Positions 13,341-26,860 of a stretch of DNA of 64,000 nt are shown piece by piece. Every line of letters starts with the position of its first letter. Positions within the stretch are counted from its first letter, which is position 1. The notes beneath the pieces were generated by a model, which made no database searches, was not told the origin of the DNA, and saw only the letters and a list, made by a program, of their open reading frames with translations. This stretch comes from Mobula hypostoma (Eukaryota): contig NC_086108.1 of NCBI RefSeq assembly GCF_963921235.1, forward strand, positions 117,616,001 through 117,680,000, given 5' to 3'. The position numbers and the translations under genes were made by a program.

Positions 13341-15760
13341 AGGCCATAAGACATGGGAGCAGAATTAGGCCATTCAGCCCATCGGGTCTGCTCCACCATT
13401 TCATCATGGCTGATCCACTCAACCCCATTCACCTGCTTTCTCGCCATATCCTTTGATTCCCTGACCAATGAGGAAACAATCAACTTCCGCCTTAAATACA
13501 CCCACGGACTCGGTCTCCACCGCAGTCTGTGGCAGAGCATTCTACAGTTTACTACTCTCTGGCTAAAAGAATTCCTCCTTACCTCTGTTCTAAAGGGTCA
13601 CCTCTCGATTTTGAGGCTGTGCTCTCTAGTTCTGGAAACCCCCACCAGAGGAAACATCCTCTCCACACCCACCCTATCTAGTCCTTCCCACATTCGGTAC
13701 GTTTCAATGAGATCCCCCCGTGTTCTTCTAAATTCCAGTGAGTACAGGCCCAAAGCTGCCAAATACTCCTCATATGTTAACCCCTTCATTCCCAGAATCA
13801 TCCTCATGAACCTCCTCTGGACTCTCTCCAATGACAACACATCGTTTCTGAGCTATGGGGTCCAAAGCTATTGACAATATTCTTAAGTGTGGCCTGAGTT
13901 GTGTCTTATAAAGGCTCAGCATTATCTCCTTGCTTTTATATTCAATTCCCCTTGAAATAAATGCCAACATTGGATTTGCCTTCTTTACCACAGACTCAAC
14001 CTGCAAATGAATCTTCTGGGAGTCTGGGACGAGTCCCTCTGCACATCTGATGTTTGAACCTTCTCCCCATTTAGATTAAGCAGCCTGATGTGTGGCACCT
14101 TATCAAATGCCTTCTGAAAATCCAAGTAATTGACATCCACTGCCTCTCCTTTGTTCACCCTGCTTGTTACTTTCTCAAAGAACTCTAGCAGATTTTCTTT
14201 TAGGTAAGATTTGCCTTTACAGACACCATACTGACTTTGATTTATTTTATCATTCATCTCCGAGTACCTCGAATCCTCATCCTTACTAATAGACTCCAAC
14301 ACTTTCCCAATCACTGAGGTTAGCTGAACTGGCCTAGAATTTCCTTTCTTTTGCCTTCATCCCTTCTTAAGAGTGATGTGACATTTGTAATCTTTCAGTC
14401 CTATGACACTATGCCAGAATTAAATGATTCTTGAAAAATCATGACCAATGCATCCGTTACCTCTCTCAGTACTCTGGGATGTAGTCCATCTGGCCCAGGT
14501 GACTTATCTACCTTAGGATCTTTGAATTTGTCTAACACTTCTCCCTTCATAATAGCAATGGCACTCACTCCTGTCCCTGAACCTCAAGGAACTCTGGCAC
14601 ACTGCTAGTACTCAGTAAGTTCATCTGTCATTTCACTGTTGCCCATTCCTTCCTCACCAGCATCATTTTTCAGTGGTCCCATATCAATTGTCACCTCCCT
14701 TTTACTCTTTTTAAATAACTGAGAAAAGTTTTGGTATCCTGCTTTATATTATCGGCTAGTTTGCCCTCATATTTCACCTTTTTCCTTCTTATACCATTTT
14801 TACATAGAACATAGAACAGTACAGCACAGTACAGGCCTTTCGGCCCACAATGTTGTGCCGACCCTCAAACCCTGCCTCCAATATAAGACCCCACCTTAGA
14901 TTCCTCCATATACCTGTCTAGTAGTCTCTTAAACTTCACTAGTGTATCTGCCTCCACCACTGACTCAGGCAGTGCATTCCACGCACCAACCACTCTCTGA
15001 GTAAAAAACCTTCCTCTAATATCCCCCTTGAACTTCCCACCCCTTACCTTAAAGCCATGTCCTCTTGTATTGAGCAGTGGTGCCCTGGGGAAGAGGCGCT
15101 GGCTATCCACTCTATCTATTCCTTTTATTATCTTGTACACCTCTATCATGTCTCCTCTCATCCTCCTTCTCTCCAAAGAGTAAAGCCCTAGCTCCCTTAA
15201 CCTCTGATCATAATGCATACTTTCTAAACCAGGCAGCATCCTGGTAAATCTCTTCTGTACCCTTTCCAATGCTTCCACATCCTTCCTATAGTGAGGTGAC
15301 CAGAACTGGACACAGTACTCCAAGTGTGGCCTAACCAGAGTTTTATAGAGCTGCATCATTACATCACAACTCTTAAATTCTATCCCTCGACTTATGAAAG
15401 CTAACACCCCATAAGCTTTCTTAACTACCCTATCCACCTGTGAGGCAACTTTCAGGGATCTGTGGACATGTACCCCCAGATCCCTCTGCTCCTCCACACT
15501 ACCAAGTATCCTGCTATTTACTTTGTACTCTGCCTTTTAGTTGCCCTTTGTTGGATTTCAAAAGCTTCCCAATCATCCAACTTCCCAGTCACTTTTGCTA
15601 CCTTCTATGCCCTTTCCTTGGCTTTCATGCTGTCCTTAACTTCCCTTGTCAGCCACAGTTGCCTACCCCTACCATTTGAGAACTTCTTCCTCTGTGAGAC
15701 ATATCTATTCTGTCACTTGTGAAATATTGCCAGCAACTACAGACATCGCTGCTCTGAGAT
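13340..15760 (-). mobile_element. CR1 ORF2 remnant with a younger CR1 nested at ~14802-15535
   Basis: Minus-strand ORFs 13598-13840, 13770-14006 and 13985-14314. Intact 210-aa C-terminal ORF 14865-15497 with a (catagaa)n tail at ~14802-14817. Confidence 0.87.
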
Positions 15761-15775
15761 GTGGCCTGTGGTGGA

Positions 15776-16905
15776 TCATCCCCACACATAGCCAACTACA
15801 TCCCCACATATAGACAACAACATCCCCACCTATACACAACAACATCCACACCTATAGCCAGATACATTCTCACCCATAGACAACAACATCCTCACACATA
15901 GCCAACAACATCCCTACCCATAGACAACAACATCCTCACCAATAGCCAGCTACATCCTCACCCACAGCTAACAATATCCCTACCCGTAGACAACAACATC
16001 CACACACATAGCCAACTACATCCCCACCTATAGCCAACAACATCCCCACCCGTAGACAACAACATCCTCACCCGTAGACAACAACATCCTCACCTATAGC
16101 CAGATACACTCTCAGCCGTAGACAACAACATCCCCACCAATAGCCAACAACATCCCCACCCACAGCCAACAACATCCCCACCCGTAGACAACAACATCCA
16201 CACACATAGCCAACTACATCCTCACCAATAGACAACAACTTCCCCACCAATAGCCAACTACATCCCCACCCACAGCCAACAACATCCCTACCCATAGACA
16301 ACAACATCCACACACATAGCCAACTACATCCTCACCAACAGCCAGCTACATCCCCACCTGTAGACAAAAACATCCTCACCAATAGCCAGATACATTCCCA
16401 CCCGTAGACAACAACATCCTCGCCCGTAGACAACAACATTCTCGCCCGTAGACAACAACATCCTGACCAATAGCCAGATACATTCTCACCCGTAGACAAC
16501 AACGTCCCCACCCGTAGACAACAACATCCCCACCAATAGCCAACTACATCCTCACCCACAGCCAACAACATCCCCACCCATAGACAACAACATCCACACA
16601 CATAGCCAACAACATCCCTACCCGTAGCCAACAACATCCTCACCAATAGCCAACTACATCCTCACCCACAGCCAACAACATCCCCACCCATAGACAACAT
16701 TCACACACATAGCCAACAACATCCTTACCCGTAGCCAACAATATCCCCACCCGTAGCCAACAACATCCCCATCAATAGCCAGCTACATCCTCACCCATAG
16801 CCAATACATGCTCAACCATAGCCAATTACATTCACACCAACAGCCAACTACATCCATGCCAATAGTCCACTGCATTAGCACCAATAGCCAACTACACCCA
16901 CACTG
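15776..16905. repeat. 22-bp minisatellite (consensus ~cccacccatagacaacaacatc), ~50 units
   Basis: Direct tandem repetition. The variant catccacacacatagcc recurs 110 bp apart (16201 and 16311). Confidence 0.95.
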
Positions 16906-17373
16906 CCTCCGTTCCTACAATTAGTATCTGATCCTGATTCTTTCCTCTCACATGCTATTGAGTGTTGCACTTTTTTTGTGTTTACTGAGAGCAGGAATAT
17001 GTTACCAGAGTTGATCTAAACATGTGGAGCAGCTTGTTTGTACGTTACATCCTGGGGCTGTAGCTCGGGCTCAGAAAGAAAGCTACAAGGGGAAACTTCA
17101 CAGAAGCTTCCCACTAATTATAGGTCCGAATCGCTACTATCCAACTTCCTGACAGACGTAGAACTTCCTTCCCACAGCAGCTTCTCACCACAGGAATTCT
17201 CCAAGGACCTTGAAGGAAGTGAGGCTATATAATAAAGCTGTCTGTTGTAAAATAAGATAGAGCCCGTTGTTATACACCATGATCCCACAGCAAACTTGAT
17301 CTATTGTGTGTTATCAGTCAACAAAACTGATGGCAGTTGTAGGAGGAAGGAGCAGTTGTGAGAGAGGGTCGGG

Positions 17374-18262
17374 ACTGAGGGGAGGGGGTCACACTGGGAG
17401 GGTGGTACTGAGGGAGGGTCACACTGTGGGAGGGGTGGTACTGAGGGAGGGTCACACTGTGGGAGGGGTGGTAATGAGGGAGGGTCACACTGTGGAAGGG
17501 ATGGTACTGAGGGAGAGTCACACTGGGAGGGTGGTTCTGAGGGAGGGTCACACTGTGGGAGGGGTGATAGTGAGGGAGACCAACACTATTGGAAGGGTGG
17601 TACTGAGGGAGGGTCACACTGAAGGAGGGGTGGTACGATGGAGGGTCACACTGTGGGAGGGGTGGTACTGAGGGAGGGTCACACTGTGGGAGGGGTGGTT
17701 CTGAGGGAGGGTCACACTGTGGGAGGGGTGGTACGATGGAGGGTCACACTGTGGGAGGGGTGGTACGATGGAGGGTCACACTGTGGGAGGGGTGGTTCTG
17801 AGTGAGGGTCACACTGTGGGAGGGGTGATAGTGAGGGAGGCCAACACTATTGGAAGGGTGGTACTGAGGGAGGCCAACACTATTGGAAGGGTGGTACTGA
17901 GGGAGGGTCACACTGTGGGAGGGGTGGTATTGAGTGAGGGTCACACTGTGGGAGGGGTGATAGTGAGGGAGGCCAACACTATTGGAAGGGTGGTACTGAG
18001 GGAGGGTCACACTGTGGGAGGGGTGGTACTGAGGGAGGGTCACACTGTGGGAGGGGTGATAGTGAGGGAGGGTCACACTGTGGGAGGGGTGATAGTGAGG
18101 GAGGCCAACACTATTGGAAGGGTGGTACTGAGGGAGGGTCACACTGTGGGAGGGGTGGTACCGAGGGAGGGTCACACTGTGGGAGGGGTGATAGTGAGGG
18201 AGGCCAACACTATTGGAAGGGTGGTACTGAGGGAGGGTCACATGATTGGAGGGGTGGTTGTG
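17374..18262. repeat. 33-bp G-rich minisatellite (gggagggtcacactgtgggaggggtggtactga)
   Basis: Direct tandem repetition with two main variants (ggtcacactgtgggaggg / gccaacactattggaagg). It produces an 11-aa periodicity in spurious ORFs. Confidence 0.95.
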
Positions 18263-18629
18263 TGGAGACGCAGTTCTGAAGAAGCACTACACTGTGGGAG
18301 GGTTGTTAACTAAGAAGCATTGTAGTATGGGAGGAGTAGTTCCTCTTGCAGGAGCATTTAAAACTAGAGGGCATAGATTTCAGGTGAGAGGGATGAGGTT
18401 CTTGAGGATCTGAGGGACAAATTTTTCACATAATCAGTAGTTCATTTTTGGAATTAGCTGCCAGAGGAGGTTAAGGAGGCAGGAGCAGGAAGGGGAATCT
18501 GGACGCAATGAGCAAAGCATAGTACATGTGATTAGTGTTGTTGGGCATTACAGACAATGGACTGAAGGGTCTCTTTCTGTGTCCTATGACTTAGACAGTA
18601 AATGATGGGCCCCGGAGAAAATTGTAGAA

Positions 18630-20092
18630 CAGGCAACTGAAAATTGACAACAAAAAAAAGCTATTAGAAGGGAAAAGATGAAGTATGAGGGTAGACAAGC
18701 CAACAAGATAAAGCAGGATACTAAAAGTTTTCTCAGTTATATAAAGAGTAAAAGGGAGGGGAGAGTTGATATTGGACCACTGGACAATGATGCTGGTGAG
18801 GTAGTAATGGGGGACGAAGAAATGGCAGATGAACTTAATGGGTACTTTGCATTTGCCTTCACTGTAGAAAACACCAGCAGTGTGCGAGAGGTCCGTGAGT
18901 GTCAGGGAGCAGGAGTGAGTGCCATTGCTATTACAAAGTAAAAAGTGAAAAGCAAACTCAAAGGTCCAGGTGGATAAGTCACCTGGACCAGATGGACTAC
19001 ATCCCAGAGTCCTGAGAGAGATTGCTGAAGAGATAGCTGATGTATTGGTCATAATGTTGCAAGAATCACTTGATTCTGGCATGGTCCTGGAGGACTGGAA
19101 GATTGCAAAAGTCACACCACTCTTTAAAAAGAGAGGAAGACAAAATAAAGAAAATGATAGGCCAGTTAGCCTAACCTCTGTGGTTGAGAAAGTGTTGAAG
19201 TATATTATTAAGGTTGAGATTTCGAGGTATTTGGGGACTAATAATAATTTAAGTCAAAGTTTGCATGCTTTCTGTGAAGGGAAATCTTGTCTGACAGATC
19301 TGTTGGTGTTAGGAAATGTATGACAATGCATTTTAGTAAAAGGAACAATAGTGCGGACTATTAGCTAAATGGGGAGAACGTTCAAACATCAGAGGTGCAG
19401 AGGGATTTAGGAGTTCTCGTGCAAGACTCCTCATGCAAGGTTGAGTCTGTGGTAAAGGCGGCAAATGCAATGTCAGTATTTATTTCAAGGGCCATATAAC
19501 ATAAAAGCAAGGAGATAATGCTGAGCCTTTATAAGACACTAGCTAAGCAGCACTTAGAGTATTGACAACAATTTTGGGTCCCATATATCAGAAAGTATGT
19601 GTTGTCTTTGGAGAAACTACAGAGGAGGTTCACGAGGATGATTCGGGGAATGAAGAGCTTTGGTAGCTTTGGCAGCTTTGGGCCTGTACTCACTGGAATT
19701 TTGAAGAATGCAGGGGGATTTCATTGAAAGGACTAGATAAGGTGGATGTGGAAAGGATATTTCCTATGATGGGGGTATCTAGGGCTAGAGGGCACAGCTT
19801 CAAAATTGAGGGGCGACCCTTTAGAACAGAGGTAAGGAGGAATTTTGTTTTAGATAGAGAGTAGTAAATCTGTGGAACGCTCTGCCACAGACTGCAATGG
19901 AGGCCACATCCGTACATATATTTTAAGGCAGAAGTTAATAGATTCCTGATTGGTCAGAGCATTGAATGATATGGCAAGAAGGCAGGTGTATGGGGTTGAG
20001 TGGGATCTGGAATCAGCCATGATGTAATGGCAGATCAGACTCGATGGGTTGAATGGCCTAATTCGGCTCCTATGTCTTATGGTCTTATGGTC
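18630..20092 (+). mobile_element. CR1 ORF2 remnant with internal deletion, plus 3' UTR
   Basis: ORFs 18678-18941 and 18970-19323 (DKSPGPDGLHPRVLREIAEEI). Tail (tcttatgg)n at ~20075-20090. Confidence 0.87.
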
Positions 20093-22972
20093 AGACAGGG
20101 AGATCCAGGGCTCCATGTACATCATACCCTGAAAGTGGAGTCAGCTTGATGAAGAATGTGTTTGTCGTATTTGCTTTCATCAGTCAGGGCACTGATTACA
20201 GAAGTCGGGATGTCAAGTTGCAGCTCTGTTTTATATTATGAGACCAAACTTGGATATTGAGAACAGTAATGGTTGCCAAAAAGCTGTCACTAAACTGGAA
20301 ATGGTGAAAAAAAAATTCACCAGGATGTTGCCAGAACTGGAGGAATGGAGTCATAAGGAGAGGTGGGATAGAATAGGATGGTTTACCTTGTTGTGCAGAA
20401 GGTGAGGGTGGCTTCATCGAGGCTTATAAAATCATAAGGGTTACAGATAAAGTGAATGGTCATCACCTTTTCTCCAATGTAGGGGAATCTAAAACCATTA
20501 GAAACATAGAAACATTGAAAATCTACAGCACAATACAGACCCTTAGGCCCTCAAAGTTGTGCCAAACATGTCCCTACCTTAGAAATTACTAGGCTTACCC
20601 ATAGCCCTCTATTTTTCTAAGCTCCATGGACCTATCCAAAAGTCTCTTAAAAGACCCTATCGTATCCACCTCCACCACCGTTGCCGGCAGCCCATTCCAC
20701 ACACTCACCACTCTCTGCGTAAAAAAACTCACCCCCGACATTTCCTCAGTACCTACTCCCCCAGCACCTTAAACCTGTGTCCTCTTGTGGCAACCATTTC
20801 AGCCCTGGGAAAAAGCCTCTGACTATCCACACGATCAATGCCTCTCATCATCTTATACACCTCTATTAGGTCACCTCTCATCCTCCGTCGCTCCAAGAAA
20901 AAAAGGCCGAGTTCACTCAACCTGTTTTCATAAGGCATGCTCCCCAATCCAGGCAACATCCTTGTAAATCTCCTCTGCACCCTTTTTATAGCTTCCACAT
21001 CCTTCCTGTAGTGTGGCGACCAGAACTGAGCACAGTACTCCAAGGGGGGTCTGACTAGAGTCCTATATAGCTGCAACATTGCCTCTCAGCTCCTAAATTC
21101 AATTCCATGATTAACGAAGGCCAATGCACCATATGCCTTCTTAACCACAGAGTCAACCTGCGCAGCTGCTTTGAACGTCCCTTGGACTAGGACCCCAAGG
21201 TCCCTCTGATCCTCCACACTGCCAAGAGTCTTACCGTTAATACTATATTCTGTCATCATATTTGGCCTACCAAAACGAACCACTTCACACTTATCTGGGT
21301 TGAATTCCATCCACCACTTTTCAGCCCAGTTTTGCATCCTATCAATGTCCCACTGTAACCTCTGACAGCCCTCCACACTATCACAACATCCCCAACCTTT
21401 GTGTCATCAGCAAACTTACTAACCCATTCCTCCACTTCCTCATCCAGGTCATTTATAAAAATCATGCAGAGAAAAGGTCCCAGAACAGATCCCTGAGGCA
21501 CACCACTGGTCACCGTCCTCCATGCAGAATATGACCCGTCTACAACCACTCTTTGCTTTCTGTGGGCAAGCCAGTTCTGGAAGCCCAAAGCAATGTCCCC
21601 TTGGATCCCATGCCTCCTTACTTTCTCAATAAGCCTTGTATGGGGTACCTTATCAAATGTGTTGCTGAAATCCATAAACACTACATCTACTGCTCTTCCT
21701 TCATCAATGTGTTTAGTCACATCCTCGAAAAATTCAATCAGGCTCGTGAGGCACAACCTGCCCTTGACAAAGCCTTGCTGACTATTCCTAATCATATTAT
21801 ACCTTCCCAAATGTTCATAAATCCTGCCTCTCAGGATCTTCTCCATCAACTTACCAACCACTGAAGTAAGACTCACTGGTCTATAATTTCCTGGGCTATC
21901 TCTACTCCCTTTCTTGAATAAAGGAACAACATCCGCAACCCTCCAATCCTCCAGAACCTCTCCCGTCCTCATTGATGATGCAAAGATCATCATCAGAGGC
22001 TCAGCAATTTCCTCCTTCGCCTCCCACAGTAGCCTGGGGTACATCTCATCCAGTCCCAGTGACTTATCCAACTTGATGCTTTCCAAAAGCTCCAGCACAT
22101 CCTCTTTCTTAATATCTACATGCTGAAGCTTTTCAATCTGCTGCAACTCATCACTACAATCACCAAGATCCTCTTCCATAGTGAATACTGAAGTACAGTA
22201 TTCATTAAGTGCCTCTGCTATTTGCTCCAGTTCCATACACACTTTCCCACTGCCACATTTGATAGGTGCTATTCTTTCATGTCTTATCCTCTTGCTCTTC
22301 ACATACTTGTGAATGCCTTGGGGTTTTTTTTAATCCTGCCCGCCAAGGCCTTCTCATGGCCCCTTCTGACTCTCTTAATTTGCTTTTTAAGCTCCTTCCT
22401 GTTAGCCTTATAATTTTCTAGATCTCTAACATACCTAGCTCTCTGAACCTTTTGTAACCTTTTCTTTTCTTCTTGACTAAATTTATTACAGCCTTTGTAC
22501 ACCACCGTTCCTGTACCCTACCATAACTTCCCTATCTCATTGGTACATACCTCTGCAGAACTGCACAGAAAAATCCCCTGAACATTTGACACATTTCTTC
22601 CGTACTTTTCCCTGAGAACATCTGTTTCCAATTTAAGCTTCCAATTTCCTGCCTGATAGCCTCATATTTCCCTTTACTCCAAGTAAACGCTTTTCTAACT
22701 TGTCTGTTCCTCTCTCTTCAATGCTATTGTGAAAGAGATAGAATTATGATCACCATCTCCAAGATGCTCTCCCACTGGGAGATCTGACACCTGACCAGGT
22801 TCATTTCCCAATACCAAATCAAGTACAGTCTCTCCTCTTGTAGGCTTATCTACATATTGTGTCAAGAAACCTTCCTGAACAAACTCCACCCCATCTAAAC
22901 CCCTCGCTCTAGGGAGATGCTAATCGATATTTGGGAAATTAAAATCTCCCATCATGACAACTCTGTTATTAT

Positions 22973-23548
22973 ATCAAAGTTGCTGGTAAACGCAGCAGGC
23001 CAGGCAGCATCTATTGGAAGAGTTTCAGTCGACGTTTCAGGCCGAGACCCTTCGTCAGGACCAACTGAAGGAAGAGTTAGTAAGAGATTTGAAAGTGAGA
23101 GGGGGAGGGGGAGATCCAAAATGATAGGAGAAGACAGGAGGGGGAGGGATGGAGCCAAGAGCTGGACAGGTGACTGGCAAAGGGGATATGAGAGGATCTG
23201 GGGAGAAAGACGGGGGGGCGCAGGGAAACAGAGGATGGGCAAGGGGTATAGTCAGAGGGACAGAGGGAGAAGGAGGAGAGAGAGAGAAAGAATGTATGTA
23301 TAAAAATAAATAACGGATGGGGTATTAGGGGGAGGTGGGGCACTAGCAGAAGTTAGAGAAGTCTATGTTCATGCCATCAGGTTGGAGGCTGCCCAGACGG
23401 AATATAAGATGTTGTTCCTCCAACCTGAGTGTGGCTTCATCTTTACAGTAGAGGAGGCCGTGGATGGACATGTCAGAATGGGAATGGGACGTGGAATTAA
23501 AATGTGTGGCCAGTGGGAGATCCTGCTTTCTGCAGGATTCCTGTTGTT
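22973..23548 (-). mobile_element. Penelope-like element fragment with 14-bp TSD and short inverted terminal segment
   Basis: TSD AACTCTGTTATTAT at 22959-22972 and 23549-23562. The body matches 41057-41665 and 52667-53260. Terminal tctgcaggattcctgttgtt is in the opposite orientation. Confidence 0.88.
23027..23061 (-). ncRNA. Minimal hammerhead ribozyme motif of PLE
   Basis: Minus strand reads gtc-CTGACGA-agggtctcggcct-GAAA-c-GTC-gact: conserved core, stem II agg/cct, stem I gtc/gac. Confidence 0.7.
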
Positions 23549-24924
23549 AACTCTGTTATTATTATACCTTTCCAGGATCTGTTTCCCTCACTGCTCCTTG
23601 ATATCCCTGTTACTATCCCTGTTATCATTCTTGGCATGGACTAGATGGGCCAAATGTGTTGTTCTTTTCTCTGACTCTGATAGAGGGAACAGATTTAAAA
23701 TGAGAAGGAAAAAGTTTCAAAGGCATCTGAGTGGTGAATATTTCACTCAGAAGGTTCACATGTGCCCCACATATCCCCTTAACACAGGGTGATGGTGAAT
23801 GTCAGAGGAAGTGGTACAGGCTGGCACAAGTATAATTTATAAAATGCAAATTGATAAAGGTATATGGGTAGAAAAAGCTCAGAGTCATGGGTCAAGTTTA
23901 TGCTCAGGATGGCACTGTAGTTGGCATGGATGTGTTGAAGCAAAGGGCCAGTATGACTCTATGATCTTTGACTTGCTAACAGCACTGATGTGTTATATTG
24001 CATCTGTCACCCATTGCTGTTAATACTGACTGGCTGCATGTTATCTACCTGGAAACAACTGTTTTCTTTGGAGTATTGGAGACAGAGGGCAGACCTGACA
24101 CTAAGTTATCAAATTATGAGAGGCATAGATTAGATAGATTGTTGGAGTGTCATTCCCAGGGTGGAAAATTCAAATACAGAGGTTAGAGCTTGAAGAGGAG
24201 AAGGGGAAAGTTTGAAGGAGATGTGTGGGGCACTTATTTTTACACAGAGTAGCCTGTGCCTGGAACGTGTTGCTAGTGGGAAGCAAAAAGGACTAAAGTT
24301 TAAGAGGCAATTTTGGTGTTACTTACAACCTTACTAATCCTGCCAACTACATTCTTAACCAAATCATTCATATAGCTGATAAAGAACAGTGAATCCAGCT
24401 TCTATCGCTATGGCACACTGTTGATCAGAGGTCTCTAATCTGAATAACAACCATCTCCTATCACCATCAAGCCAACTTTATATGCAGTTGGTGAGTTTAG
24501 ATCTATGTGATCAAAATTCTAGATGTCAAATCTTGACAATAGACTTGCCACTGTCTATCACTCTACCTTCACCCTAGCCAGTCCACTTGGTCCGCCCTTC
24601 AAAAAACAGAATCAGATTTGGGAGGTACAATTTCACATACACAAAGCAATGCTGACTATCTCAAATAATTCCTTGCCTTTGTAAATTCAGGTAGATTCTG
24701 GGTCTTAGAATCCCCTCTGGCAATATTCCCCAAAACAATGTTAGATCACTGGACTGTAGTTCCCTGGTTTGCCCTTGTGGTACTTTTAAAATAAAGATAC
24801 AATATTCTGCAGTCTGCTGGACCTCACCTGTCACTAATGCATTACAAAGATCTTTGCCAAGGAGCTTCTTATGAGCAATTGTCCTTTCTCTGCCTCTCAT
24901 GACGTTACATGACATCATGCTGGG

Positions 24925-25185
24925 AGGTGATAGGTGGAAGAGTAAAGGGCTGAAGGAGAAGGAATCTGATAGGAGATGACAATGGACCAATGGGAGTAAG
25001 AGAAGGGGGTGGGGAACCAGAACATCACTTGGCTTCACCTATCACCTGCCCTGCTTCCCCTCCCCCCACATTCTTTTTCTGGCTTCTGTCCCCTTCCTTT
25101 CCAGTCCTGATGAAGGATCTCAGCCCCAAACATCAACGGTTCATTCTTTTCCATTGATGCTGCCTGACCTCCTGTGTTACTCCCC
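24925..25185. mobile_element. Old PLE 3'-end fragments in inverted arrangement
   Basis: ggtgataggtg (24926-24936) is the reverse complement of cacctatcacc (~25036-25046). Degenerate hammerhead ccagtcctgatgaaggatctcagccccaaac at ~25101-25131. Confidence 0.6.
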
Positions 25186-26439
25186 AGGTACTGATGGTGG
25201 TAGAGGCAGATATATTAGGGACATTCATGAAACTCTTAGATAGGCACATGGATGATAACCGTGGAGGGCTATGTGGGAGGGAAGGGTTAGATTGAAGTTA
25301 CAGTAGGTTGAAAGGTCAGCAGAACATCATGGGCCGAAGGGTCTGTACCGTGCTGTAATGTTCTATACCTCCGTAAGATCACACGCAATCTCTTACGCTC
25401 CAATGAATGAAATGAATAAAGAACTTAATTCAGATAAGTGTGAAGTGATGGGTTTTTGGTGAGTTACATACATCATGATGATCATTATAGACACTGTGGG
25501 CAGAAGGTGCTCTCTCTATGTTATACATCCGAATGACTGAGACAGTTAATGGCAGGGCCCTGGGAAGCGTTACCGAATAGAGAGACCTTGAGGAACAGGT
25601 ATATAGTTCCCTGGAAATGGCCACACAGCAGGATAGGATATTCGCTTTCACCATTCAGGGAATTAAGTACAAGAGGTACTCACCATGTTACAATCGTACA
25701 AGATGTTAGAGAGACGCATGTCCAGTTCTGGTCCCCACACTAGAGCAAAGATGTGATTAACCGAGATCAGGTGCAGAGCAGATTTATAAGAATGTTCCGA
25801 GACAAGGGGCTTCAAATTATAGAAGACTGTTCAGACAGGAGCTGTCCCCACTCAAGATCGAGGGACAAGATGAAAGAAGTGGATAAATTATGAGAAGCAG
25901 GAATGTGGTAAGCAGCCAGAGTCTGTTTCCTGTCGAAGGGCTGTCGATTACTAGGATGCATAGGTGTAAGTTGGCAAGGAGGAGGGTTAAGACAACTGCA
26001 TTACTCCAAAGAGCACTATATGTAGTCATTCCTACCTTCGGCCATTAGGCTTAACAATGAGCCAACCTACAGCTGGGGAAGTATGATGCCCTCCTGTTAG
26101 ACTGTTTGAAGTAACTTTTTTTTATTCTTTCTTACTTCTCTTCTAATATTTGTATATCTGTGCGCTTGTAATGCGACTGTCACACTGTAATTTGCTTTCG
26201 GATCAATAACGCCTCTATCTATCTATCCAAAGAGGACCTGAGAGATAAATATTCAACACAGAGAATTAATGGGTCAGAGGGTAACCAGAACTTGAGGCTG
26301 TGAAACTCAAATAGTTCCATCAGAAATGCAGAAGAGACTTTGTTCCTTTCGGATAGGGTTGCTGAGCAGGGGGAGCAGAAAGAGGAAAGATGGAAAAAGA
26401 AGCATATAGTGATATTTTAAAGGAAAATTGAAGCACTGT

Positions 26440-26860
26440 GCAGGAGAGGGCGGAACAGCCTGGTACTGAGCTGCAGAGTTTGGAGAAAGCAGAGGGTGTG
26501 AACAAACAGTCTTTTACTGGGTACTGGGCCAGAGAGCAGAAGGCTACACAGCCTGTTAATGGGTAGGAGAGGGGCTGAATATTCTGTTACTGGACTGGAG
26601 AGTCTGGAGAAAGGAGAGGGGCTGAATGGCGTGTTACTGGAATGGAGAGAGGTGAAGCGCTGAACAATTGGTTACTAGGTAGGAGGCTGGAGAAAGGAGA
26701 AGCTAAACAGCCTGTTACTGGGCTGAAGAAACTGGAGAAAGCAGAGGAGCGGAACAGTTTGTTACTGGACTGGAAAGGCTGCAGAAAAGATAGGCCGACC
26801 AGCCTGTTACTGGGCTGCAGCAGCTGGTTTTAAAAAGAGGGGCTGAATGCAGAGAGAGAT
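26440..26860. repeat. Degenerate ~38-47-bp tandem repeat (cagcctgttactgggctggag...ggagaaaggagaggggctgaa)
   Basis: gttactg/gttacta recurs at ~26586, 26633, 26671, 26714, 26761 and 26806. Confidence 0.7.

Larger units (their letters stand above)
20498..23620 (-). mobile_element. Long CR1 ORF2 remnant (endonuclease C-term, RT, 3' UTR), interrupted by a PLE
   Basis: ORFs 21256-22302 (348 aa RT) and 22695-22889 (TRGETVLDLVLGNEPGQV...GDHN, AP endonuclease). Tail (agaaacat)n at ~20500. Confidence 0.92.

Noticed and set aside
15776..18262. CRISPR-like arrays
   Set aside because: Repeats are contiguous with no unique spacers, there are no cas genes, and the context is eukaryotic. These are minisatellites.
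16068..18313. Repetitive ORFs (GCCCL..., REGHTVGGVVL, YHPSHSVTLP)
   Set aside because: Translation artefacts of the 22-bp and 33-bp repeats; no splice or start context.
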